DNA of 64,000 nt from an uncultured virus (IMG/VR IMGVR_UViG_3300010885_055091) (lineage: Duplodnaviria; Heunggongvirae; Uroviricota; Caudoviricetes), in the IMG/VR virus record IMGVR_UViG_3300010885_055091, positions 62,001 through 126,000 of that record. One strand, written 5' to 3'. The notes beneath the pieces are model-generated. The model did no database searches. It was not told the origin of the DNA and was given only the letters and a program-made list of their open reading frames with translations. The translations under genes and the position numbers were made by a program. Of this stretch, positions 30,608 through 41,106 are shown in pieces (the first letter of the stretch is position 1; every line of letters begins with the position of its first letter).

Positions 30608-31117
30608 GTGGAATACATATCATATAGCGACATAGCCCTAAAAATTTCTTCGACAAAGATAGCCCTTGTTCCAGAAAAAGAGGGTGCTTATGGAGCACCT
30701 GATGGTCAGATCATTTCTCTACTCAAGGACTTATTATGCTGCAAATACTCTATAGACGCTGCCTATCGTAGCTTTGCGGACAGAGTAAGGGGTCCTTGGA
30801 GAGATGCCCTTGTAGAACACTGGAAGGACCATGCTAAAGAAGAACGCTCCGCAGCTTACGATATAGCCATGAAAATTGTAGGGATGGGTGGAGATCCATT
30901 TCTACACATGTTATCGATCCCCGAATGTCCCGCCAATGTTGAAGCACTATGTGCTTGCTTGGCTCAAATGGAATTAAATTTGATTGAAACTAGCCGAGCA
31001 CTAATAGGATGTTCCGGGGACAATACGGCCATAAGAGTCATGGCTGAGAATATTATTCTAATAGATACTCAACACTTAGATGACCTAAAAAGAATGTGCG
31101 TTCAATTAGCTGTGTGA
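30608..31117 (+). CDS. Ferritin/bacterioferritin-like four-helix protein
   Basis: HAKEERSAA..I..MGGDP, ENII..DTQHLDDL. Confidence 0.7.
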   Translation: MEYISYSDIALKISSTKIALVPEKEGAYGAPDGQIISLLKDLLCCKYSIDAAYRSFADRVRGPWRDALVEHWKDHAKEERSAAYDIAMKIVGMGGDPFLHMLSIPECPANVEALCACLAQMELNLIETSRALIGCSGDNTAIRVMAENIILIDTQHLDDLKRMCVQLAV

Positions 31118-32271
31118 TTGTCTGCCAGGTGTGGTTTATCGCAAGTGGGACAACGCGGGATCTTTTCTATCTCTTGGTTAACGATTAAGAGATCTGCGTC
31201 TATCTCTTTCAGTATCTTTTTAGATTTTACACATTCGTTGGCTTGATTCGTTAATCTAACGTTCAATGCCATTAATTCGATATATTGTGAGTATGACTTC
31301 ACAGGTTCTGGAATATCTTTTATCGGACCATAAGCGTCACCTTTAAGTCTATCTATTTTTTTCGAAATATTTTTTAACTCTATATAATTACTCACCTCAT
31401 TGATTTCATCAGGTATTTTTGTCTTCTTAATACTGTTAAGTGGAATAATACCACTAGCATGTTTGCTTATGTTTTCCTCAATCCTGCTCAAGGATTTCCA
31501 CACGTCTACCTCCTGAAAATCGACCTTATCGATCAGTATCACCTTCTCGATTTCTTTAACGTGGTCTATCGACGTTTCAAGACTTTTTACTTTTTTGGAG
31601 AATTTATCTAGTAATTCAATGCTGTTCGAATAATCTAATATTGACTTAAATTGATCTTCCAGGTCCTGCTTGATATTGTTAAGTTCCTCCAGAGCTGTTA
31701 ATTTTTCCAGTACCCCCTTAAGATTTTTAGACTCTTCGGATCGTGCATTTGATTCATCATTATGTTTTCTTTTGCCCTTAGCACATAATGTAATGGCGTC
31801 TTGTAGTACATTTAGCCTTGATACTTCTGATATGAAGTCTGTTACTTGGGAACCAGGCTTATCTAACAAGAATATGGGAGAAAATTGTGAAGCCAACCAT
31901 GGATGGATATTATCACTACCTACATTTACCGGCTTAAACCCAAACGAAGCTATTTCATCTAACTGTTTTGCTCCTACTTTATCTAAGGTTTTCCCGCCGA
32001 TAATGTATCGATTTATACCCTTCTCACCCTTTTCCCATGTGTAAGCCCAGTCCTCACACTCCATAGAAACTGTGCTATGACTTGCTCCTTTCCTAACCAT
32101 CCCTATTACTGAATTATTTAGTATAGAAGAGGAAATCGCTCTAACAATAGCACTTTTCCCGATGTTAGTCACACCAACTAGACATGTAAATCCTTTTATT
32201 TCAAATTCAATGTCTTTAATGCTCTGAAAATTCTTGATCCGTACTTTTATTGGCTTTAAATTTTCCGACAT
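31102..32271 (-). CDS. Rad50/SbcC-like ATPase, N-terminal half ending at the zinc hook
   Basis: IKNFQSI, GVTNIGKS (Walker A), coiled coil, terminal CPTC; no signature or Walker B motif. Confidence 0.75.
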   Translation of the reverse strand: MSENLKPIKVRIKNFQSIKDIEFEIKGFTCLVGVTNIGKSAIVRAISSSILNNSVIGMVRKGASHSTVSMECEDWAYTWEKGEKGINRYIIGGKTLDKVGAKQLDEIASFGFKPVNVGSDNIHPWLASQFSPIFLLDKPGSQVTDFISEVSRLNVLQDAITLCAKGKRKHNDESNARSEESKNLKGVLEKLTALEELNNIKQDLEDQFKSILDYSNSIELLDKFSKKVKSLETSIDHVKEIEKVILIDKVDFQEVDVWKSLSRIEENISKHASGIIPLNSIKKTKIPDEINEVSNYIELKNISKKIDRLKGDAYGPIKDIPEPVKSYSQYIELMALNVRLTNQANECVKSKKILKEIDADLLIVNQEIEKIPRCPTCDKPHLADNHTAN

Positions 32272-32281
32272 TATTCTACTA

Positions 32282-33598
32282 TCAAATATCTGAGGTATCG
32301 ATTTCCGAGGTTTCTACGCCATCATCATCATCAACACCCATATCAGCGGGTGTTACGTAATTTGTGGTGGAATCGTCCAGATAGTCGTCATCTTCATCCA
32401 TCCTTTTCGTAATTGCGTCTTCTGCTAGTGAGGCCAACTGTTCATCATCAATAGCTCTAAATCCTTGAATAATTTTATCTCTACACATACTCATCATTTC
32501 TTCAAACATCACACTATCTTTCTGAATGGCTACTCTAAATTTTTCTATTCCTATTGCTTCTACTTCCTTGCCTGTAGCTGGTGATTTGTAAGTATATATA
32601 TCTTGCTTTCTAGCGTTTTTACTGTGTTTTACTATTCCATATGCCTCGGCGACATTCATCATGGTTCTTAGTTCATCAATTCCAACACCGTAACGAATAG
32701 TTATGAGACCCGTGTGTCCCTGGCGTGCATCGATCTTGTTTTTAATATTCTTTACTTCAATATCTGTCGATACAGGAACTTCCTCGTATTCTTTAATAAT
32801 CGGATTCCAAATTTTCGCCTTAGCAGATTGCTTAGGCTTTAACATGAGCCGAATGGAAGACCAAAACTTAAGAGCATTGCCTCCCGTAGTGCTCTTTAAA
32901 GCTTCTTCAGTATATCCCATAGCTCCTATCTTATCACGAGTCTGATTTGTGAAAATTAAGCAGGTACCCGTTTTAGCAATGATGGCTTGAATCTTTGGCA
33001 TCCAAGTACTCATAAGTCTTGGGATTTCCGCCATGCCCTGCTTCTCTTTTTCGTTAGCTACATTTCTTTGGATCTCACGCCGAGACACTAGACCTGCTAC
33101 TGAGTCTACTACGATTAGATCTATACCATGAAGCGCAGCCCCATTAACTAGACTCTCCGTTTCCTCGAAGGTATGGGGCTGTACACGAATCGCGTTGCCT
33201 GACCCTCCTAATTCTACGGGTCTAAAATCGACTCCTAATTTCAGAGCATATGCATCAATAACTGCATGCTCCAGATCTACATAAAGAACGCTCCCAGTGC
33301 CGCCTTTAGATGCAATTGCTTGCCCTGCAGCCATTAAGGCAATCGTGGACTTACCTGATGATTCACGACCATATACCTCAACTATCTTGCCTCGTGGCCA
33401 TCCAGGGCAAAGAAATGATCCATCAGGAAGTCTAGAACCACCTATAAGGAGATTTAATACTGTGGACCCAGTATTAATGTGCTCCATCTTCAATGATGGA
33501 GTCACTAACATATCTTTCATGTTCAACCCGGTTCGTTTCTCCATGGTTGATAAGAATTTCGCAATGTTTGGATGAATTTTTGCTGTTTGCTTGGCCAT
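32282..33598 (-). CDS. recA: RecA recombinase
   Basis: GRESSGKST, VVDSVAGL, FTNQTRDKIG, TTGGNALKF, KNK; acidic tail. Confidence 0.95.
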   Translation of the reverse strand: MAKQTAKIHPNIAKFLSTMEKRTGLNMKDMLVTPSLKMEHINTGSTVLNLLIGGSRLPDGSFLCPGWPRGKIVEVYGRESSGKSTIALMAAGQAIASKGGTGSVLYVDLEHAVIDAYALKLGVDFRPVELGGSGNAIRVQPHTFEETESLVNGAALHGIDLIVVDSVAGLVSRREIQRNVANEKEKQGMAEIPRLMSTWMPKIQAIIAKTGTCLIFTNQTRDKIGAMGYTEEALKSTTGGNALKFWSSIRLMLKPKQSAKAKIWNPIIKEYEEVPVSTDIEVKNIKNKIDARQGHTGLITIRYGVGIDELRTMMNVAEAYGIVKHSKNARKQDIYTYKSPATGKEVEAIGIEKFRVAIQKDSVMFEEMMSMCRDKIIQGFRAIDDEQLASLAEDAITKRMDEDDDYLDDSTTNYVTPADMGVDDDDGVETSEIDTSDI

Positions 33599-33662
33599 AA
33601 TAACTTTCTACATTACACTCAGTGTCTGTTACTCTTTGCTTCTTTATCTTCTGTTTAATTGA

Positions 33663-33875
33663 ATGGGTAAACGGAATTCACGAAATCGTAAAACACCGCA
33701 AGTTAAGTCAATGCAAGAATTTTGCAACGATTTAAAAATTGCTAAAATAGATGAAGTTCATGAATTGAAGCAGTCAGAATTGGAAAAAAAGTATAAGGAG
33801 CAAGAAGATAAAATGATCATATTGATGTACGGTAACTATTCGACGGAAGAAGGACCTTCACAAGATTCTAAATAG
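33663..33875 (+). CDS. Small hypothetical protein
   Basis: 70-aa charged ORF. Confidence 0.4.
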   Translation: MGKRNSRNRKTPQVKSMQEFCNDLKIAKIDEVHELKQSELEKKYKEQEDKMIILMYGNYSTEEGPSQDSK

Positions 33876-34567
33876 CTTAATAAATTAGTGTTAATGTCCG
33901 TTTTTTTCGGAAGATCTATTCTTCCTTCTGGTATTTTTGAAAATTCGAAAAATCTGCTATTTTCTCTAAATATATGGGCTATTTTTATGTTTGCAGTTCC
34001 CTTTAGCGTTTTCACCTTCTTCGTTTTTTCTAAAAATACTCTGAGTTCATTATCACTTAGCATATCAGGTGATAAGAGACCATTTTTTAATGACATAAAC
34101 CTTGTGCTGAAATATGAAATGCAATAAGCGTCGGCTTCGTTATTATCTATAAGTTCAGAATCATTCGTATCGAATTGCACGAATTTCTGCATATCCAATT
34201 TGGTTACTAGTCCTCTGACACTCTTTCGCCCCCTGACCAATGACTTTAAAGTAGCGGGATCGAAAAGCACCACATCCTTCCTTGATTCAAATATTGCTTC
34301 TAAGCAAAACATCATTAAGCTATGATGTACAGTTTGGTATGGACCTGCCCCATATGCTGGGCTTTCAATACCTACGACATCTGGTTCGAAGGTATTCAGG
34401 AGCCTCTTTACCAGAGACCTATAATGAACATACCTAGCAACAGGAACTGTTGAAGGAAATGTCTCTTCATGCCCGGAAGAGATTCTTCTTTCCGTTCCAG
34501 TCGCCTGGTTATCAAAGACGGCCCATCCGAAGCCTCGGAGGGATGGGTCTAATCCTAAGGATCTCAA
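33836..34567 (-). CDS. ruvC: RuvC-like Holliday junction resolvase
   Basis: LGLDPSLRGFGW, VGIES, DNNEADA. Confidence 0.8.
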   Translation of the reverse strand: MRSLGLDPSLRGFGWAVFDNQATGTERRISSGHEETFPSTVPVARYVHYRSLVKRLLNTFEPDVVGIESPAYGAGPYQTVHHSLMMFCLEAIFESRKDVVLFDPATLKSLVRGRKSVRGLVTKLDMQKFVQFDTNDSELIDNNEADAYCISYFSTRFMSLKNGLLSPDMLSDNELRVFLEKTKKVKTLKGTANIKIAHIFRENSRFFEFSKIPEGRIDLPKKTDINTNLLSYLESCEGPSSVE

Positions 34568-34902
34568 TGATTTGATTTAGCGTCTAAAATAGCCCTTGCA
34601 AATGGGATTAAGTTCCAAGCCCATGGCAAGTATCCACCAGTTGGATTCTGGATTGAAGTAACCAAATGTTTCCAGTGAGACTCAGGAATTTCCCAAGTAT
34701 CGGAATGTTTCTCTATGCTTCGAGCTATTTCATATGCTCTTTGTAATCCATCATAATCTTTTATAACTTCTAAATCGAAAGCTCTCTCTTTCACATAAGT
34801 ATCAAAACTTATGTGATCTACTGGTTTGCCATCGCTAATAAAGGACCGTCCATGAAAGTCTACTGGTTTAATAGCTTCTGGCACGTTTATGACTCTACTC
34901 AT
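34564..34902 (-). CDS. Hypothetical protein downstream of the tail fibre
   Basis: GTAAAAT-N5-ATG; ATGA-coupled to ruvC. Confidence 0.6.
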   Translation of the reverse strand: MSRVINVPEAIKPVDFHGRSFISDGKPVDHISFDTYVKERAFDLEVIKDYDGLQRAYEIARSIEKHSDTWEIPESHWKHLVTSIQNPTGGYLPWAWNLIPFARAILDAKSNH

Positions 34903-34922
34903 GTTCTATTTTACAGTTATCA

Positions 34923-35162
34923 TCATAAAGTGGGATTCAATACTGCGTATAGGAAACTCTTTACAGAGGTATAGATATCATCAGGAAATGTCACATTCTT
35001 AAACGATTTTGAACACTGTTCGACTGAAATCCAAGTCCCATCGTTATCATATCCTCTATCGTAGTATATACTTACACTATTATCCTCTACATTTACCTCG
35101 AATCTAGTAATTTTAGCTTGATTTATGATGACAGACTGAGGGGTTGGCAAGGAAATAGGCAT
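34923..35162 (-). CDS. Small protein following the tail fibre (possible assembly chaperone)
   Basis: Directly downstream of the fibre gene. Confidence 0.5.
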   Translation of the reverse strand: MPISLPTPQSVIINQAKITRFEVNVEDNSVSIYYDRGYDNDGTWISVEQCSKSFKNVTFPDDIYTSVKSFLYAVLNPTL

Positions 35163-35164
35163 TC

Positions 35165-36610
35165 TCAGGCTCCTGTTCCAGTTAGTAGTCCAAAGCGTTG
35201 CAATGTTTTGTAAGCATCATCCAACATCGACTGAGCAGTAGATGTGTAAGTAGCTGGAGCACTCACGTTTCCACCAGTATTAGCTCTCGGTCCAGTTGCT
35301 GTCGCTTTATTAAAAAATCCTAATTTCGAATTTGCATTTGAACATATGTTTACATTGTCTCCGTTCATATTAACATTCTTGAATCCACCAGTCCCATAAT
35401 GCCCTATATTTATAGTCTGTGTGCCGGTATTGTTGCCCTGAAACCCGATATTTATCGAATATGTATTAACGGATGTACCAATTGAAATACTGCCAGTACT
35501 AGCACTGCTCCCAACCGTTATATTTCCATTACCAGTAGTCAAAGAAAACGCACCGTTAGCAGCAGAGGTATCTAGCGTCATGCCGCCCGAACCTGCACGA
35601 ACAGTCGTAACCGATCCGGATCCAGCAGAGTCTGCTCCCGTAGAACCAACAGTTATCGCTGTTCTCCCAGATCCAGCACCTATAGATATGGAGGTTAAAC
35701 CTGCCCCTGATGAGCCACCGCTTCCTATGTTAATTGACTGTGTAGCACTTGTGACTGTGGTACCATTGCCAAAGAAAATGGTATTTGATGCGGTAGAACC
35801 GCCAATAGTCATGGTTCCTGTGCCACAAGTTAGTTGAAAATCACCGTTGTTTGTACCTATAGCCATACCCCCCGAACCTGCTGAGAGTGTTAAAGACGAA
35901 GTACTAGTACCGTCACCTACCGAGTTAGAAGCTGTGGTACTTCCGGTAAGTGTTAAAACACCGCCTGACTGATTTAAAGGTCCTTCTAGTTTTGTCGTAC
36001 CAGCTTGTACCCAAACAGCGTAAGCATTAGTTAATGTAGCAGAAGCGCCCTGGGTAGGTGCACCAGTTATCGCTAGTGTAGCAGCTGTTCCTATTATTCT
36101 AGTAGCACCACTACCAGCATATGTTGGAGCCTGTAAAACAAAGGCCCTTTGGGTAGGAACGTTGCCTGTAAATGTAACGGTGCGCGCTAAATTAATATTT
36201 ACATCATTAGATTCACTCGTTTGCGATGTATGTGCGCCGCCATTGATGACTATAAGATAGGCCCCCGTAGTAGAAGAAGCGGCCTGAGTTAACGTCCATG
36301 ATTTTCCGACAGCACCAGACCAGGATAAGGAACCTGTTGGTAATGCTGTGTCTCCTGTCATGGAGCCCAAACTTAAGGCTCCGCTGCCCGCTGAAGCACT
36401 TATCGCCTTGCCTGCAGCCAGGCTAATTCCATTTCCATCTATACTAGCAGTAGTGGTACCATTATTTTGAAAGTTAATGCCGCTTGCTCCACTGAGAGTT
36501 AGAGCGCCTGTTGAAGTACCCCACGTAGAAGCTGCGGCGGCTGTTAACGTTAAGGCTCCCGAAGTGGTACTCCATGTAGAAGCTGCGGACCTAAATTCTT
36601 GTGTTATCAT
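35165..36610 (-). CDS. Gly/Ser/Thr-rich tail fibre-like protein
   Basis: Repetitive SINIG/TITIG beta units; AGGAGG upstream. Confidence 0.7.
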   Translation of the reverse strand: MITQEFRSAASTWSTTSGALTLTAAAASTWGTSTGALTLSGASGINFQNNGTTTASIDGNGISLAAGKAISASAGSGALSLGSMTGDTALPTGSLSWSGAVGKSWTLTQAASSTTGAYLIVINGGAHTSQTSESNDVNINLARTVTFTGNVPTQRAFVLQAPTYAGSGATRIIGTAATLAITGAPTQGASATLTNAYAVWVQAGTTKLEGPLNQSGGVLTLTGSTTASNSVGDGTSTSSLTLSAGSGGMAIGTNNGDFQLTCGTGTMTIGGSTASNTIFFGNGTTVTSATQSINIGSGGSSGAGLTSISIGAGSGRTAITVGSTGADSAGSGSVTTVRAGSGGMTLDTSAANGAFSLTTGNGNITVGSSASTGSISIGTSVNTYSINIGFQGNNTGTQTINIGHYGTGGFKNVNMNGDNVNICSNANSKLGFFNKATATGPRANTGGNVSAPATYTSTAQSMLDDAYKTLQRFGLLTGTGA

Positions 36611-36684
36611 TGTGAAGATCCTCCTGATATTAAAGTAAGCATGTCTCTCTCTACCTTTATATTAAAAATTATAAACTTAAATTA

Positions 36685-36717
36685 AAAAGGGGCAGGAACT
36701 TTTCCTCCTTGCCCTAC
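36685..36717 (-). terminator. Rho-independent terminator candidate
   Basis: GGGCAAGGAGGAAAAGTTCCTGCCCC followed by TTTTT on the minus strand. Confidence 0.55.
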
Positions 36718-36987
36718 CATGAATGTAAAGCTATGAAGAACCCGATACATCTTCTGCCCGATTCTCTGTGAAAATGATAATAAATTGTAAATACGGATGA
36801 GGCCCCCATCTTACCGGGAGCCTCATTATGGTCAATACAAAAGTTATCGGGACTCACCATATCAGGAGCACATTGATGAGGCTAATTAGGATCCAGAATC
36901 TAAATATATATTCCCATATGTAATGCCTACCGCCTCTAGCAAAAGATCTTAGAATAGATGGTCAAGTAGTACATGTTAATTTAAACA

Positions 36988-38037
36988 TTACGCGGCCATT
37001 GCTTTACGTGCTCGTCTCTTTGTTTGAGCCTCCATCCTGCAAATTCCGCATTTATACCTAATTCCACCAGTTTTATTAGGGATTTTTTCACATTTTTCGA
37101 AGGGCACTAACCCATGATGTTTACATATTTTATGAGTCTTTGTGGTAGTCTTGGAAGAAATAGACTCAGATATCTTTAATCTGGATTCATATGACCATTT
37201 ACGATCTCCCCGTTTAGCGAGTACCTCAGGTCGTGAATGAATCTCCTTGGATATCCTACTAGCTTTAATTTTTGATTCCGGCATAGACCAATATTCCGAT
37301 ATAGACTCGGCCAGTCTCTTTTTAACTTCATCTTTATTCACGGCTAATTTAATCTTTTCTCGCACCTCAGGAGTCGCAGAGCGAGACGACCTTGATATTT
37401 TATCTTTATGTTCCTGGCTTAATACTTTTCCTTTTTGAGCTTGGGAACACTTCGCTCGTGCCTCTGGCCTGCTGGCTCCATCACGAATTTTTTCTATGAA
37501 CTTGGACCTGTATTCAGGGTCTGAATTTAATCTCTCGGCAAATAATCTATACTTTGCTAATGCTTCGGGAGAAACGGTTCTTTCACGATTCCGAATTGAA
37601 ATGGGAATCATTTTCTCCCGATAATCGGGACGATCCCAAGGATTCTTTATAGGATGATGGGTATGAGACCCGCCTCGTTTCATGTTAAAACCCCTTATGG
37701 GGTTAGTCGTATCGTATAATTCGATCCAGTATTCTTCAGCTATATTGGCAGATTCCAGGTCATGGCAAACCTGAAGTATTTCATGATCGAATGCTTCGGG
37801 TCCGTAAAGCCTAATAGTATTATACCAATGATTATCTAGAATTTTCTTTCTAGCGTTATTTTTTGCTTTAGAAAGGTGTTCAGACCACCTTCTCTCCCAT
37901 CTTTTGCTGGTTAATCCGATATATCTCCTACCGGATTCTCTATGAAAATGACAGTATATGGTGTATATAGATGAGGCCTCCGTTTTACGGGAGGCCTCAT
38001 CTAGTTTGTGGTTTTGTTCCATAAGGGACTTTACCAC
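36988..38037 (-). mobile_element. Free-standing GIY-YIG homing endonuclease with NUMOD3-type repeats
   Basis: TIY...RYIGLT..RW.EH; GKVLSQEHKDKIS; C-terminal Cys cluster. Confidence 0.8.
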
Positions 38038-38053
38038 ACATGTTGCTAATACA

Positions 38054-38929
38054 TCATTGGAGAAAATCGTCGTAGCTTGATACTAGTTTTGGAGACTCTG
38101 CTTCACCTGAACCGACCTGAGAATTACCTCCACCGAGGAGCTTCTCACGAAGCTTATCGATTTTCATATCGAACCCGAGATTATTGGATACATGCTTCCA
38201 ATTGCGGAGACCCTGATCTAAAACCCAACTACGGATTTCAGAGTCCATTTTGCCCTTAGCCCAAACAGCAGAGCTACCAGCAGTGATTACCTGCTTTTGA
38301 TACTTAGGATCTCCATCGAGAGCCACAATAAGATCGATTGTAGATTTTTCTTCTGCACGTGCTTCCTTATAGACATCCTCGATCTGCCTAAACTTCTTCG
38401 CTGTCATCCGCCAGACAGCGAAATTTACATATTTCTTTGCGTTAAGGAGTTCCTCATCTACCTGAACCCCATCCTTAACAGGATAAGTCATGACGATCAT
38501 CCCTACGGTCTGATCAGCATCACCCATTTTGTTGCAGCAAAGCTCGGGCTTGACTACAGTCTTACCTTCATATTGGCTCAGGCAGCGAATTGATCCGAGA
38601 CCATCACGATAGTGGGTCCATGCAAATGCGAACTTAGGAGATTTGATATCTAACCGATCAACCTCAGTAAGTTGTTCTACTGGCTTACTAAGCTGATCAG
38701 CAATCTTTTTATCGATCTTTGCGATAAGATCTGCCTTCTCTGCGTCGGTAAGAGGAGCACCTTTCTCTCTTGCCTTCGCCACGAGAACCCCGTCATGAAC
38801 TCTTTTAAAGGAAACTATGGAGAGCCTGTCTTTTTGGCCGCTTCTTGTTTGCTTAAAGCGGTCAATGCCTTGACTCTTGATTACTGTTCCCTCTTCAAAC
38901 CCGAATTCGATTACTGAATTATCTGACAT
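38054..38929 (-). CDS. Probable phage ssDNA-binding protein
   Basis: H...C...CC Zn-like ligands, acidic aromatic C-terminus (SYDDFLQ), recombination-gene context. Confidence 0.55.
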   Translation of the reverse strand: MSDNSVIEFGFEEGTVIKSQGIDRFKQTRSGQKDRLSIVSFKRVHDGVLVAKAREKGAPLTDAEKADLIAKIDKKIADQLSKPVEQLTEVDRLDIKSPKFAFAWTHYRDGLGSIRCLSQYEGKTVVKPELCCNKMGDADQTVGMIVMTYPVKDGVQVDEELLNAKKYVNFAVWRMTAKKFRQIEDVYKEARAEEKSTIDLIVALDGDPKYQKQVITAGSSAVWAKGKMDSEIRSWVLDQGLRNWKHVSNNLGFDMKIDKLREKLLGGGNSQVGSGEAESPKLVSSYDDFLQ

Positions 38930-39015
38930 GTTATTCTCGCTTTGACTTTGAACCGTTGTACGCTTAAAGTTAACAATTAACTTAAACGTTTTTTTACATT
39001 ACATTCCGAATCGGC

Positions 39016-39642
39016 CTACTTCAGCCACACCTGTTGCGGATCGCCGTCGTCCGTGCACCAATTTTGCCATTTATGGGTTCCCTGAAGCGATTCGATAAGG
39101 TTATGGGACACAACGGAGAGATCCTTAAGGGTAAAGAATTCCTCTCGGAAGCTGCTATCCGGCATCGCCTTGCAGGCTTCATGTACAGCCATGCTATATA
39201 CGAAGCCGGTCATTGGCGGGATCATGACACCAATCATAGAAAGGACGCCTTGGAGCCTTGAAAGGATTCCTTTACCTCCCATCGAGTGCTCGGTGACGAG
39301 CACGGCGGCTGGTTTTCCTGCCATACAGTAATGGTCGTTCACGAGAGTCATCCGTTCCAGCATCTGTTGGAGCTTACTGGACCACGAATCCCAGTAGGTG
39401 CCGGTCGTGAAAACGTACCCGATGGCACCGTGCATCGTATCTCGTAGATCTCCCCATGGAGCTTGCGGGTCTACTAGCACGATCTCATATCCAGCTTCTA
39501 CCAAGGCGTCGATTACTGTCTTGACCAGGATTTTCGTGTTCCCACCAAGCCCGCCCTCAATAACAGCCACATACCGTGTATTGCATATGGGTATATCGAG
39601 GTTACTTCGAAGCGACCCCAAGTCTAGGTCAGACACGTTCAT
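39016..39642 (-). CDS. Flavodoxin-like NAD(P)H-dependent FMN reductase
   Basis: GGNT..L, TGTYWDSWSS.LQ, GKPAAVLVT; higher GC than neighbours. Confidence 0.75.
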   Translation of the reverse strand: MNVSDLDLGSLRSNLDIPICNTRYVAVIEGGLGGNTKILVKTVIDALVEAGYEIVLVDPQAPWGDLRDTMHGAIGYVFTTGTYWDSWSSKLQQMLERMTLVNDHYCMAGKPAAVLVTEHSMGGKGILSRLQGVLSMIGVMIPPMTGFVYSMAVHEACKAMPDSSFREEFFTLKDLSVVSHNLIESLQGTHKWQNWCTDDGDPQQVWLK

Positions 39643-39885
39643 GACTTTTCCTCCATCAAAGCTTCCATCTCGTCCACCTCTTTATTACACCGTGGACAGA
39701 AAACGCACGCGGGAAACCAGTCATATACTCGCACTTTCTTCTTACATATAAAGCATAGGTGGGTGCAAATGAAGATGCGCTTTACCTTCATGAGAGGGCA
39801 TGGGCGTTCACTTCGAGCCAATCAAACGTCTCGTGTTGTGGAGAAGTCTAATATTCTATGTAGTCTAATATTTTTCATAGTGTTC

Positions 39886-40638
39886 TCAGCTTATTAAATC
39901 ATCATAATTAATCGATTTAATGATTTCTTCCTCTGAAGATGAAGATCCTAACATACTAGTCACACTAGGAGAAGAGAAAAAATCGGATATCATCTGTGCA
40001 TGAACTGTATCCTTTGGTTCAGGAAGGTCATCTGGTCTTCGATTAGGATCCATTATATCGATCGGATTTAAATCATCAGTCAGTACAGGAGCTCTCATCC
40101 CGTTAGGAACACTTCTATCCTGGTTAATCTGAGGCCGAGAATATCCTTCTCCTCCTCCCATTCTGATGAGAGCGTCATCTTTCACAAGGCTTCTCTGCAT
40201 TTTTACATCTTGTGATGTGCCCCTGAGATGATCATACTTAACTTTCAATAACTTGGATGTTTCCTCAATATCAAGCAGATCAGATTTTAATAATGCCATA
40301 TATTGATATTCTTCGGAAAGCATGGTCATTGCCAGTGCTTTCCGATCCTCAATAGATGGTTGCTTTCTTACTAAAACATCATCAGCCAATTTTTCAGAAA
40401 CTTTCCGATCTATATCTAGCTCTGCCGCTTTTAATTTAATCTTCGTGTTTTTTTCTTGTATTTTAATGATTTGCATGTAATACATAACCCTATTCATATA
40501 ATTACGACATTCTGATACTACTTTTTGTAAGTATTGAGTACCTAAGTGTGGTAATGTTGGATCGGTTTCTAGTTCCACAGAATAACTAGATACCTCGTCT
40601 AATACTTGCTGCAACTTCTCTCGACTATATTCGGTCAC
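39886..40638 (-). CDS. Coiled-coil hypothetical protein
   Basis: 250-aa ORF with acidic C-terminus. Confidence 0.65.
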   Translation of the reverse strand: MTEYSREKLQQVLDEVSSYSVELETDPTLPHLGTQYLQKVVSECRNYMNRVMYYMQIIKIQEKNTKIKLKAAELDIDRKVSEKLADDVLVRKQPSIEDRKALAMTMLSEEYQYMALLKSDLLDIEETSKLLKVKYDHLRGTSQDVKMQRSLVKDDALIRMGGGEGYSRPQINQDRSVPNGMRAPVLTDDLNPIDIMDPNRRPDDLPEPKDTVHAQMISDFFSSPSVTSMLGSSSSEEEIIKSINYDDLIS

Positions 40639-40916
40639 TTTTGATTCCTCTTATCTAGAGCTGATTTCATTCCATCAAAATTCTGCCTTAAAACTTCGAA
40701 TCTTTCTTTTGCATCTTCTTGTGAAATTTCTCCACGCAATAAAGCATCCTGTATAGCCCAAATGGTTACCTTTTTGCTGGCTTCTAACCTCATCCCCTCT
40801 ACTTCCTCCATACTTACCGGGTTCGGGCATTTAAAATTCACGGACACGAAGTTACTTGACCTTTTGCCCATTCCTGAATCGAATGAATATGATATAGTAA
40901 ACCCGTCGATTAACAT
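40635..40916 (-). CDS. Hypothetical protein
   Basis: GTAAATT-N5-ATG upstream. Confidence 0.6.
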   Translation of the reverse strand: MLIDGFTISYSFDSGMGKRSSNFVSVNFKCPNPVSMEEVEGMRLEASKKVTIWAIQDALLRGEISQEDAKERFEVLRQNFDGMKSALDKRNQK

Positions 40917-40919
40917 GAA

Positions 40920-41103
40920 CTAATTTACACTCAGTCCATTCTTACCTATCATCATATGAGTTATTCTATATATGACCGATTCGATAACTGAATCTTCTAT
41001 GATATCTTCTGAAGGCTCTTCAGTATGCTTGTGAACAAAGCATGTGCCCCGCTTGTAACTTTCCTCTATGGCTTTATAAATATTTTACATGTTTTGGCTT
41101 CAT
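40920..41103 (-). pseudogene. Frameshifted small gene (MKPKHV / NIYKAIEESYKRG...HKHTEEP)
   Basis: Removing one A from an A4 run joins ATG 41103 to an open frame ending at TAG 40920. Confidence 0.35.
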
Positions 41104-41106
41104 GTA

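Noticed and set aside
36620..38050. Group I intron around the GIY-YIG gene
   Set aside because: Flanking genes appear complete and no intron core elements were recognised.
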